64,000 bases of DNA from NCBI GenBank assembly GCA_964016885.1, contig OZ024741.1, positions 189,038,001-189,102,000 of the forward strand. Reading direction: 5' to 3'. Under the pieces are notes generated by a model. It ran no database searches and was not told where the DNA came from. It worked only from the letters and a program-made list of their open reading frames with translations. This DNA comes from Eledone cirrhosa (taxonomy: Eukaryota). Below are positions 13,701-25,429 of this stretch, piece by piece (position 1 is the stretch's first letter; each line of letters opens with the position of its first letter). The position numbers and the translations under genes were made by a program.

Positions 13701-15790
13701 TGTCTGTAGTAAATGTAATATAGGGTCAGTAGTAAATGGAATACAGTGTCTGTAGTAAATGTAATATAGTGTCAGTAGTAAATGTAATATAGTATCTGTA
13801 GTAAATGTAATATAGTGTCTGTAGTAAATGTAATATAGTGTCAGTAGTAAATGTAATACAGTGTCTGTAGTAAATGTAATATAGGGTCAGTAGTAAATGT
13901 AATATAGTGTCAGTAGTAAATGTAATATAGTGTCTGTAGTAAATGTAATATCGTGTCTGTAGTAAATGTAATATAGTGTCTTTAGTAAATGTAATATAGT
14001 ATGAGTAGTCAATGTAATATAGTGTCTGTAGTAAATGTAATATAGTGTCAGTAGTAAATGTAATATAGTGTCAGTAGTAAATGTAATATAGTGTCTGTAG
14101 TAAATGTAATATAGTGTCAGTAATAAATGTAATATAGTTTCAGTAGTAAATGTAATATAGTGTCAGTAATAAATGTAATATAGTGTCAGTGGGAAATGTA
14201 ATATAGTGTCTGTAGTAAATCTAATATAGCGTCAGTAGTAAATGTAATATCGTGTCAGTAGTAAATGTAATATAGTATCAGTAGTAAATGTAATATAGTA
14301 TCAGTAGTAAATGTAATATAGTGTCAGTAGTAAATTTAATAGTATCTGTAGTAAATATAATATAGTGTCTGTAGTAAATGTAATATAATGTCAGTAGTAA
14401 ATGTAATATAGTGTCAGTAGTAAATGTAATATAGTCTCAGTAGTAAATGTAATATAGTGTCAGTAGTAAATGTAATTTAGTGTCTGTAGTAAATGTAATA
14501 CAGTGTCTGTAGTATATGTAGTATAGTGTCAGTAGTAAATGTAATATAGTGTCAGTAGTAAATGTAATATAGTGTCTGTAGTAAATGTAATATAGTGTCA
14601 GTAGTCAATGTAATATAGTGTCAGTAGTAAATCTAATATAGTGTCTGTAGTAAATGTAATATAGTGTCTGTAGTAAATGTAATATAGTGTCAGTAGTCAA
14701 TGTAATATAGAGTCAGTAGTAAATGTAATATAGTGTCTGTAGTAAATGTAATATAGTGTCAGTAGTAAATCTAATATAGTGTCTGTAGTAAATGTAATAT
14801 AGTGTCAGTAGTCAATGTAATATAGTGTCAGTAGTAAATGTAATATAGTGTCTGTAGTCAATGTAATATAGTGTCAGTAGTAAATGTAATATAGTGTCTG
14901 TAGTAAATGTAATATAGTGTATGTAGTAAATGTAATATAGTGTCAGTAGTAAATGTAATATAGTACCTGTAGTAAATGTTATATAGTGTCTGTAGTAAAT
15001 GTAATACAGTGTCTGTAGTATATGTAGTATAGTGTCAGTAGTAAATGTAATATAGTGTCACTTGTAAATGTAATATAGTGTCTGTAGTAAATGTTATATA
15101 GTGTCAGTAGTAAATGTAATATAGTGTCTAGGAAATATAATACAGTGTCATTAGTAAATGTAATATAGTGTCAGTAGTAAATGTAATATAGTGTCAGTAG
15201 TAAATGTAATAAAGTGTCAGTAGTAAATGTAATATAGTGTCAGTAGTAAATGTAATATAGTGTCTGTAGTAAATGTAATACAGTGTCTGTAGTATATGTA
15301 ATATAGTGTCAGTAGTAAATGTAATATAGTGTCAGTAGTACATGTAATATAGTGTCTGTAGTAAATGTAATATAGTGTCTGTAGTTATATGTAATATAGT
15401 GTCAGTAGTCAATGTAATATAGTGTCAGTAGTAAATGTAATATAGTGTCAGTAGTAAATGTTATATAGTGTCTGTAGTAAATGTAATATAGTGTCTGTAG
15501 TAAATGTAATATAGTATCTGTAGTAAATGTAATATAGTGTCAGTAGTAAATGTAATATAGTTTCTGTAGTAAATGTGATATAGTGTCTATAGTAAATGTA
15601 ATATAGTGTCTCTAGTAAATGTAATATAGTGTCTGTAGTAAATGTAATATAGTGTCTGTAATAAATGTAATATAGTGTCTGTAGTAAATGTAATATAGTG
15701 TCAGTAGTAAATGTAATATAGTGTGAGTATTAAATGTAATATAGTGTCAGTAGTCAATGTAATATAATGTCTGTAGTAAATGTAATGTAG
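7762..15790. repeat. 23-bp minisatellite, ~8 kb (~350 units)
   Basis: Unit tagtgtc(a/t)gtagtaaatgtaata. The 23-aa periodicity in the spurious ORFs confirms the 23-bp period. Confidence 0.97.
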
Positions 15791-15817
15791 AGCTTGCATT
15801 ATTTCTTATTAATGTAG

Positions 15818-16010
15818 GTTTGATTTGAAAGATACTTCTAAGATTGTCTTAAAAGATATACAGTTTCTTGCTGCTATGGGTCCTCCTGGTGGAGCACGCT
15901 GTGATGTCACGCCAAGGTTTCTACGCCATTTCAATATTGTTGCAATGAATCCATTTAGTGAGGAGACTATGGTGAGAATTTTCTCAACTCTGATAAGTAC
16001 ATACCTCCGT
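15818..16010 (+). CDS. DNAH12: Dynein heavy chain, window exon 2 (AAA3)
   Basis: tag|G TTT GAT...CGT|gtaagt; (W)FDLKDTSKIVLKDIQFLAAMGPPGGARCDVTPRFLRHFNIVAMNPFSEETMVRIFSTLISTYLR; 193 nt, phase 2/0. Confidence 0.95.
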
Positions 16011-16094
16011 GTAAGTCATTTTAAATTTCTTTTCTGCATTCTGTCCTTTTTACTCTTTCATTTTCTTCTTTCTTATAATATCTTATTCCCAGTT

Positions 16095-16815
16095 CAAGTT
16101 AAACTCTACAGACATGGAGGTGCCATGAGCTGAGCCTGTCTAAGATGCATGCAGAGTGACAGCCCCATCCTGTATGCATTGGTTCAGTGTGTGAGCATTG
16201 CTGACTTGCGTGTTTATGTCGAACATCTGCTGCCATGTGTTGGACAAATCCGGATATCAGCTCAGTCCATTAGGACGATCGCTCCACTGCGTTCCTTTAG
16301 CCGGAAAAGGCAGGCTGTTTTTATGTGTTATTTAGCCATGGCAAAATAGGTTGTGTGGAGGACATGTTTGAAAAGGTTGAAGACATACTTTCAACCTCGT
16401 CAAAGCCCCGATTAACTTTTTCATATTTCACTTGAAGAGGAAAATCAGGGTAGAGAGGGAAGTGCTGCCTTCCAGCCAGTTGTTGAAAGGTGAGTGATAA
16501 AGGCGATCATAGCCCAAATGAATGGGCCTGCTTTGAGTATGCAACTATAGATTGGAGGAAGACAACAGGGACAGGGCACCCATAGTTTTATGGGTTTTTT
16601 TTACCATGAGCAGCCCTCAAACATATCCTTCCTATTGAGAAATTTCCATTATTAAAGTTTTTATTGTTACTTTTCTTTTTATTATTGTTAAACCTGTTTA
16701 CATGCAAAACCCATATACTGACACAGCACTCACACACACTATGTTTTCATCCTGTGTAATGCTGATGTTTTTTTTATGTAAACCCTTTGTGTTGAATAAA
16801 GAAATCCTTATTATT
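16095..16815 (+). mobile_element. Tx1/L1-like LINE 3' fragment
   Basis: Homologous to the 3' part of the 1925-4390 element (YVEHLL...VGQIR). Ends aataaagaaatccttattatt. Confidence 0.75.
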
Positions 16816-16844
16816 GTTGTTGTTCTTAGTAGTACTAGAAGTGC

Positions 16845-18090
16845 TGCAAAATGGCAGAATCATCAGAGCACCAGTTATAAAATGCTTTGCAGTATTTGTT
16901 TTGGCTCTTTACATTCTTAGTTAAAATCCCACTGGGGTCAGTTTTGTTTTTCAACCCTTTGTGGTCAATGAAATAAAGTTCCTCACAGGTACAGAGGTTA
17001 ATTTAATCAACTTACTTTGCCCATTAAATTACTAACTTTCTGCTTAAATTAGAGAGAATTATTATTATTATTATTTCTTCTGGGAAGTAGATTGGCAGTA
17101 TTGGTGAAGCATCAAGCACCATGTTTTGCTGCACAGAGTTATGGCCCTTTACGTTCTGAGGTCAAATCCCGCCGAGGTTGGCTTTGCCTTTCATCCTTAC
17201 CGAGGCGATAAAATAAAGTACCAGTAATACTCTGGGGTAATTGCTGCCCTTGTGCCAAAAGTAGAAACAATTATTTCTTCTTTCTCAGGCTGTTCTTTGG
17301 TCACATTACCAAACCAAGGGGATGGGTCATAACTAATGACCTAGGGTCTCTTGGTTACTTTCTCCTGGGGTTTAGGTTCCTATCACTCTTCTCAAAAATT
17401 GTTCTTAGGAGTGTCGTTCCTGGAGGAATACTACCTTTGCCTTGATCCTAAGTTTTTCTACCCATTTTTCTAAGTTCTTGGTTACACAACCAAGAGCATC
17501 TATAACTATATTATTATTATTATTTTCCTACCGAGATTAACTTTGCCTTTCATCCTTACGTTGATAAAATAAAGCACCAATAATGCATTGGGGTAATTGC
17601 TGGCCTTGTGCCTAAAATAGGCAGTATCAGTAGAGGGTTGGACAACATGCTTAGTGGCATACAGTTACAACCCTTTACAATCTGAGTTCAAATTCCGCTG
17701 AGGTTAGCTCTGCCTTTCATTCTTACGGGGTCGATAAATAAAGCACCAGTAATGCACTGATGTCGATTTAATCGACTTTTTCCCTCCCCCAAAATTGCTA
17801 GCCTTGTGCCTAAAAGTAGAAACAATTATTATTATTATTATTATGGTGCGGTGGATTGGCAGTATCGGTGGAGGGTCGGACGCCATGCTTTCCAGCATAG
17901 TTACGTCCCTTTACCATCTGAGTTCAAATCCCGCCGAGGTTGACTTTGCCTTTCATCCTTACGGGGTCGATAAAATAAAGTACCAGTAATGCACTGAGTA
18001 ATTGCTGGCCTTGTGCCTAAAGTAGAAACAATTATTATTATTATGGTGGTATATTGGCAATATCACTGGAATATCAGACAACGTTTTACA
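16845..18090 (+). mobile_element. Head-to-tail chain of ~5-6 SINE family A copies, with an R4-like LINE remnant at ~17280-17520 (-)
   Basis: Repeated gattggcagtatcgg...gagttcaaatcccgccgagg...tttgcctttcatcctt...agaaacaattattatt units. Confidence 0.8.
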
Positions 18091-18555
18091 GCATGTATCA
18101 TCATCATGGTAATGGTGGTGATCCAGTGTATTAAAACTGAGCATTGTTTTTAAATAGTTTTTTGTTATCATAGTTTGGCCCCTTTTCTGTATTGATCCAC
18201 CAGTAACCATTCCATAATTTCTTTTCAGGCAGTATATCTAGACTTATCTAGTATCAGTGTATCTTGCCAGCTTAAGACAGTAGGGTATGAGTTTTCAAAG
18301 AGTATTTCAATTAATTTTTAAGATAACCGAATATTTAAAAGGATTTAATGATATAAATAAGTTTTTCATCATTAAGAGGATATTTAGAACATTACTTGAC
18401 AAAAGATTTTAAAATAAAATTATGATGGAAGGTTTTTTTTTTTTATATAAGTGTAAACATTTTAAAATGGACAATTTTGTATGTATCATAAATCATGAGT
18501 GGTTTCAGGTGGTTTGGGGTTAAAATGGCTAAACATTATTTTTTCTTTGTTGCAG

Positions 18556-18761
18556 GCAGGAGAATTTGGTACTGAGTATCTTGGAGTTGGAAACATGATT
18601 GTCAATGCCACCATGGATGTTTATAGGAATGCTATGGCACATCTACTACCAACACCAGCTAAATCTCACTATGTCTTCAATCTGCGGGACTTCTCAAGAG
18701 TCATCTATGGAGTGTGCCTCATTAAAAAACTAGAACTTGAAAACAAAAAAATGTTTATCAG
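18556..18761 (+). CDS. DNAH12: Dynein heavy chain, window exon 3 (AAA3 lid)
   Basis: cag|GCA...AG|gtaag; AGEFGTEYLGVGNMIVNATMDVYRNAMAHLLPTPAKSHYVFNLRDFSRVIYGVCLIKKLELENKKMFIR; 206 nt. Confidence 0.95.
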
Positions 18762-19029
18762 GTAAGATGGTTGTTAACTTCTGGTTTGAGTGTGTTATGT
18801 ATTTGTGTTGTTGTTGTTATTGTTGTTGTTTAGTTCCTGGTCAGTACCTACCTACAAGACCTATGATCAAATAGATTCTAGTAGTTGTGACCATCTAGTT
18901 AACATAAAGAGCCAGAACAATTACCACTTGGCATTTTGTCCAATGCTCTAACAATTCTGCCATTCCACCAATGTAGTACTTACATAGTGTAATGAGCAAA
19001 AGAATTGTTAATTCATCAAGATTCTTCCA

Positions 19030-19320
19030 TCAAAGTCTAAAGTCTAAAGTCTGTCTTAAGCCAGAAGGCTCATTTGGCTGGTGCTTATCCCGGTTTCATG
19101 GGGTGAAGCGACTGAGAATACAAGACTCCCCCTGGACAGGACACCAGTCCATCACAGGGTTAAACCCCCAGATATTGCTAGTACTCATTTTCAGCTGAGT
19201 ATACTCAAGCAACGTGAAATGAAATGTTTTGCTCAAGAACACAACACAATCCAGGAATCGAACCCACGACATTATGATCGTAAGTCCAACACCCTTACCA
19301 CTAGGCCACATGCATTCACC
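19030..19320 (-). mobile_element. tRNA-derived CORE-like SINE
   Basis: Minus strand: gtggcctagtggtaagg (A-box), gggttcgattcc (B-box), gtgttcttgagcaaaacatttc (CORE-like), gatggactggtgtcctgtccagggg. Confidence 0.7.
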
Positions 19321-19458
19321 TCCATCAAAGAACAGAGAGTAAATATTTGCTGAATGCTTAGATCAGATTAAACAGGTAAGGATGACAACAACTAAATTTC
19401 AATTTACCTGTAGTTTACATGTTTGAAACTTGAGCTGATTTTTTGTATTATTTTCTAG

Positions 19459-19533
19459 ATTATGGGTACATGAAATAATGAGAGTATTCTATGACAGATT
19501 AATAGACGACAGTGATAGAGAATGGCTTTTCAA
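19459..19533 (+). CDS. DNAH12: Dynein heavy chain, window exon 4
   Basis: tag|A TTA TGG...AA|gtaagt; [24 protein letters not shown]; 75 nt. Absent from the ORF track. Confidence 0.95.
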
Positions 19534-19957
19534 GTAAGTACAGCAATAATAAGAGGGTCATCATGGGTTATAATGTTTTAGGTGTGTCATTTGTACTGTT
19601 TCCATGGCCAACAACTGTTTATTTAGAAGTACAGTGAACTATACCACATTGTGGTATAGTTCACTAAACTGTGTCCATTGTTAAAATACTTAATTATCAA
19701 CAACTATCTACTTAGCTGTAAATAGCTATCATAGAACTGTACATTTCACATTTCTAAGAAGTAACAACATTGAAAACTTGAGTATTTGCAGTTGTCTTGC
19801 AATACTGAGTTTAGTTCTTCACATATTTCCCATCATATAGTCTCACATTGCCTTACTCTTGGTATGTAACATGATGATGAAGTCTTTACTGATAGTCCTT
19901 CTAGGCCTGGTATGCAGAATGAAGATGGCATCTTTACTGATGTCCCCTACGACTGAC

Positions 19958-20345
19958 TCAACCAATTTTGCTATATGGAAGTGAAAAATGGACGCTTTTA
20001 TCCAAACAACAAAAGCACCTTGATGACGGCTACACTCGTCTGCTTCAATGCATTCAGAACATAAGCTGGCGACATCAGACTTTGAGAGAGATATATGCCG
20101 GCCTCCCATGCATATCTGTCGTTGTACGTAAAAGGAGAGTAAGATTTGCTTGCCACTGCCATTGTGCCACCTACGAGGCTGTGTCCCCATTAGTGCTTTG
20201 GAAACCACAAGCAGTCACTAATAACAGGGAGCGCAAGCTCTCCTATCTCAATGTCATCTCCAGAGAGTTGGCAATGGCAATGAACAACAGACCCACATGG
20301 AGATCAATTGTTGAGTCCATTTCGGCTTAGGTCACCGGATGATGA
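19958..20345 (+). mobile_element. LINE 3' fragment, same family as 32875-35345
   Basis: LYGSEKWTL...YTRLL...LREIYAGLPCISVVVRKRRVRFA. Confidence 0.85.
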
Positions 20346-20971
20346 TAATCACTGACTCAATAAGCTATGGTTTTTCATCTCAATCCTCTTCATCAGCATT
20401 TAACATCTATTTTCATGCTCGTATTGCTTAGATGGGTTGTCAACCTTTGAGGCCAGACCTGCTATGTAGGCTCATTTAGCTTATACATTCCATTTTTGGG
20501 TATTGTTTCTACACCTGGATGCCCTTCCTAACACCAACCACTTTACAGCATGTACAGAGAGTATGATGATCTAATTGTTTTTTTGTTGTTTTGTTTATTA
20601 TTTGGGGTTTTACTGGGACTTTACTAAATTCATTATTGTTATTGCTGTTGATGTTGTTTAGCCGTAGATCAACTCTCATCAAGTAAATCTATAATGAAAG
20701 TTAATTCAGCAGTGACCATTTCATCTTTCAATCAGACAATATTATCCAATGTATCATTCTAGTTTTAAGTCAGTAGGGTGTGATTTGAAAGAACTTTGAC
20801 TGCTATTTCTAACAGGATTGAAGGGGGCCACACTAAGGCTTCCTTGTTTGGTTCTTTCTATTATTGTTGTTTGTCTCTGCAATGCCTAATTTTATCATTG
20901 ATACCTATCCACATTCCCAAATGAATTATTTATTTCTGATTTATTGATCTTCTGACTACTTTCTTTCTTAG

Positions 20972-21050
20972 AATTTGCCAGAGATTAGTGAAGGAGGTAT
21001 TCAAGGAAAATTTTCACTTGGTCTTTGATCATGTTTCTGCTACAGATAAG
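20972..21050 (+). CDS. DNAH12: Dynein heavy chain, window exon 5
   Basis: tag|A ATT...AAG|gtaag; (K)ICQRLVKEVFKENFHLVFDHVSATDK; 79 nt. Phases 2/0 fit both neighbours. Confidence 0.88.
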
Positions 21051-21105
21051 GTAAGAGCAAAATGGCATAAATCACTCTCATAGATTATATATATATATAT
21101 ATATG

Positions 21106-21440
21106 AAGGCGCATGGCTTAGTGGTTAGAGCATTGGGCTTGCAATCGAAAGGTTGTGAGTTCAATTCTCAGACTGGCTGATGTGTTGTTTCCTTGAGCAA
21201 GACACTTTATTTCACATTGCTCCAGTTTACTCTGCTGTAGAAATGAGATGATAGGGAGTGGGGTCCATATCATTCCACTGCGAAGTGGTCGTGGAGGTGC
21301 CACGGCAAAAGAGCACCCAGCACTCACTGTAAATGAGGTAGGTGTTAGGAAGGGCATCCAGCTGTAGAAATCAAGCCAGAATCAGTTCCCATCCCACCCT
21401 TGCAAGTAGGGAAAAGCGGGCGTAAAATGATGATGATGAT
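21106..21440 (+). mobile_element. SINE family B (tRNA head, CORE-like block, RTE-type tail)
   Basis: tggcttagtggttagagc, gagttcaattctc, ccttgagcaagacacttta, tail cttgcaagtagggaaaagcgggcgtaaaa(tga)n. Further copies at 40049-40385 (+) and 47510-47831 (-). Confidence 0.85.
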
Positions 21441-22503
21441 ATATGTATATATACTTGGACTATCTTTATTTTCTGTATATCCTTTGTGATCCTGTCTCTA
21501 TTTTTGTACTCCTTTGGATTTCTTTCCCCTTTTCCGTATAAAGCGTGAAACTAAGACATTTTGTACCTCTGTTTGTTGTCTCCTTGAAAAAAAAAATATA
21601 TGGCCTTGTGTGTCCCAGCTTTTAGAAGAGGTAAACTGTATCCCTGCATGTTGTTAGAGGTGACTAAAAGGATTAGCACCAGGAAGGTTATAAAACATAG
21701 TTTCATAAGATCTCATCCAACTCATGCCAGTATGAACAAATGGATATAAAAACGATAATAATTGATGGCACAAGGCCAGCAATTACCCCAGTGCATTATT
21801 GGTGCTTTATTTTATTGGCTTCCCGTAAGGATGAAAGGCAAAGTTAATCTTGGCGAGATTTGAACTCCGATCATAAAGGGCTGTAAGTCTATGTTGCGAA
21901 GCATGGCGTCCGACCCTTGATAATAATTATAATTGTTTCTACTTTTGGCACAAACTGATACTGCCAATTCACTTTTGGCACAAACCGATACTGCCAATTC
22001 ACCGCCCTTATACACACATATATATATATATATAACAATATATATATATATATATATGTCTGTGTGTGTGTGTGTATATATATTGTTGTTTATTTTGTGG
22101 TACAAAACCATAAAAGTGTTTCAATGTACTCTTGTGTTCTCTCCTTTCTTTTGACACCCTCTGCCATTTCCATAAGGGACTGTCAACAGCATAACATGTT
22201 ATACACTCAAAATTGACCAATCTACTTTAGCCATTGTTCTCTTTACATGACAAGGTTGGCAGCTTCTCTTAAAGCCATATTACATCTTGCTACAGCTTTA
22301 TTATCTTATAGAATGTATTTTTCCTCAAAGCTTCTCCAGCGTAAAGCCTTGGAGCTTGGTTTGTGTGATTCAAAACAATTGACAGTGGTATGTTTAATCA
22401 TCTCAAAGCAAGTCCAATTAAAATCAATCTTTTTGAGTGTAATATGCTATCAGCTGAGAAAGTTAGTGCTCTTACAATTAGCCATTTATTATTTAATCTT
22501 TGA

Positions 22504-22735
22504 AAGGGCGGTGGATTGGCAGTATCGGTAGAGGGTCGAATGCCATGCTTTGCAGCATAGAGTTACATCCCTTTATGATCTGAGTTCAAATCCCGCCGAG
22601 GTTAACTTTGCCTTTCATCCTTATGGGTTCGATAAAATAAAGTACCAGTCACGCACTGGGGTCAATTTAATCGACTTTCCCCTCCTTCCAAATTGCTGGC
22701 CTTGTGCCTATATAAGAAACCATTATTTAATCTTT
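22504..22735 (+). mobile_element. SINE family A with TSD
   Basis: Flanked by a direct repeat attatttaatctttga. Confidence 0.85.
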
Positions 22736-22990
22736 GAGGAATAACAAATAATGTCCATCATTTATTACTTCTTTTAGTGTTTCTGTTATTGCTCAGGTCT
22801 CACTGCTATAGAACAAAATTGTTTCAATGCAAGCTTTGAAAAATAGCATTTTAATTCTATCACTAAACAATTCTGAATAAATTAATATTTGTATATGTAT
22901 ATCCATAGTAATTGGCATATTTGTTTAGAAGCTTTTCTACAGACTGCAATTTATAAAAAATATGTCACAATAGGAGATGTTGTGTATGTG

Positions 22991-23019
<29 letters not shown>

Positions 23020-23021
<2 letters not shown>

Positions 23022-23895
23022 CATCATCATCATCATCATCATTATTTTACGTCTGCTTTTCCCTGCTTGCAAGGGTTGGACGGGTCCTATTCAGCACAGC
23101 ATCTCTCCACTTGTCACAGTCCTTCGTCATCTCCTCGGTGAGTTTTAGCGATCTGAGGTCTGCTCTCACCACTTCCGCCCATGTTTTACGTGGTCTACCT
23201 CTACTGCGTCTTCCTTCTACTGGGATTTCTTGGCACTTCTTTACCCAGCGGTTATCCTCCATGTGCATCACATGTCCATACCATCTCAGCCTTCTCTCCT
23301 GAACACCACAACTTATCCCTCTTATACCCAGTTTCTTTCTCAACTCGTCTATGCTTGGTCGTTCACATACATTGACATTGCACATCCAACGGAGCATGCT
23401 TGCTTCATTTCTCTCCAGCTGTCGCATATCCTCTGCAGTTGCTGCCCATGTCTCACTACTATGCAGCATCGCGCATCTCACACAGGCATCATATAACCGT
23501 CCTTTCGTACGCAGGGAGAAACCCTTCTTTGTCAACAAAGGAAGCAGCTCCCTAAACTTCTTCCAACCCATCCTTATTCTAGATATATATATATGTATAT
23601 ATATATATCATCATCATCATCATCATCATCATTTTACATCCACTCTTCCCTGCTTGCAAGGGTGGGATGGGTCCTATTCCGCACAGCATCTCTCCACTTG
23701 TCACGGTCCTTCGTCATCTCCACTGTGAGGTTCAGCAATCTGAGGTCTGCTCTCACCACCTCCGCCCATGTTTTTCGTGGTCTACCTCTACCACGTCTTC
23801 CTTCAACTGGCATTTCCTGACACTTCTTCACCCATTGGTCATCCTCCATGCACATCATATGTCCATACCATCACAGTCTCCCCTCTCGCACACTA
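23020..23895 (-). mobile_element. Two tandem 5'-truncated RTE LINE 3' ends
   Basis: GWKKFRELLPLL...RRLRWYGHVMHME...GRPRKTW, with (TGA)n tails. Confidence 0.9.
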
Positions 23896-24059
23896 CAATT
23901 TATGCAATGTATATGTATATATATATATATATATGTATATACTCTATCAACTTTCTTTTGTCACACATCTGCAACATCATTAGTGGTACTATTATGTTTC
24001 CTCCCGTTGTATTGTATGGCGTAGGCATTACAATACAACAGGAGGAAACATATATATCA

Positions 24060-24745
24060 TCATCATCATCATCATCATCATCAACGTTTAACGTCCGTGT
24101 TCCACGCTTGCATGGGTTTGGACGGGGGTATTCCCACTTGAGGCAAGAGTGATCGTCTTGCTCGCATAGGACTGTCTGGCAGGTTTTCTACAGTTGGATG
24201 CCCTTCCTAACACCAACCACATTTACAGTGTGGGTCTGGGAGGTTTTTACCGTGTTGCCTACACAGCCACATTACAGCGTGGACTGTCTGGCGGGTTTTC
24301 TACGGCTGGATGCCCTTCCTAACACCAACCACATTTACAGTGTGGGGCTGGGAGGTTTTTACCGTGTTGCCTACACGGCCACATTACAGCGTGGACTGTG
24401 TGTTTTTTTGTCGTGACACCTACACGATCTCATTTGTTTCGGCCTGGATGGTGTGGCACCAACATAACTTTACATAGAAGGGGGTGGTGTGGATGGGGTG
24501 GGGGTGGTGGGACGGGGGTGTATTTTGTTAGAGATGCCTACATATATCATTATCATCACTGTTTTATGTCCATTCTTCCATGCTAGCATGGGTTAGACGG
24601 GTTGTCCCGTTGTGGACAATGCCAGGTATGGTGACCATGTTCTGCTCATACAGAACTGATTTTGGCTTCATTTCTACAGCTGAATGTCCTTCCTAACACC
24701 AACCTCATTTACATTGAGTACTGGGTGCTTTTATTCCATGGCGCC
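24060..24745 (-). mobile_element. SINE-like elements with RTE-type tails, including a 111-bp internal tandem duplication
   Basis: ggatgcccttcctaacaccaaccac block. Duplicated unit starts at ~24170 and ~24281. Confidence 0.7.
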
Positions 24746-25429
24746 TATATATATATATATGATGCCCTTCCTCATGCCAAACTTTTGAGTTGCTCCTTAG
24801 AATACACAGGGATACTGAGTACCTATTCTAAAAACCAGTATACACATAGTTTAATATAGGGATATAATATAAATATAGTGGTGATATGAGGTTAGTATAT
24901 GGCTGGTACTATAATGCTATGGTGTAACTGGATATCTGTCACAATTAACAAGTTACACTGTGTTATAGCGTGACTAGTAAAGAGTTTATAGCATGATGTT
25001 GAAACTGATGTTACAGTTTGGTTGATAATGCTGTATTGACTCAAGGAAAGTGAGGGAAAAATGGGTTGTGCCAATGAAACTTTTCTGGATCTGTAAGATT
25101 GTTAGAAGTAATGGAAGAAGATATTCTCAATCCAGAGACCTGGTCCAAATTCTTGCGACAAATTAAACTCTGCTAAAGGCTCAGAAGGACCAGTTGATGG
25201 AGTTAAACTGGGTAAAAATGTAAGCCTTTAACCCTAGTAAGCCACAACAGAATTTGAACTTACGATGTAAAGAACCTGAACAAATACTGCAAGGCATCCC
25301 ATCCAATGTTCTAACAGTTCTGCCAATCCACTGCCCTGGACTGGTATCTTATTTTATCCACCCTGAAGAGAACCAGAATAAATGCCATGAGGCATTTTGC
25401 CCGACACTATATCGACTCTATCAATTCAC

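Noticed and set aside
7762-15790. CRISPR-like array
   Set aside because: Units are contiguous with no unique spacers, there are no cas genes, and the context is a eukaryotic intron.
21108-21180. tRNA genes (A/B boxes here and at 17845, 40050, 61820)
   Set aside because: No full cloverleaf; each continues into a SINE body and tail.
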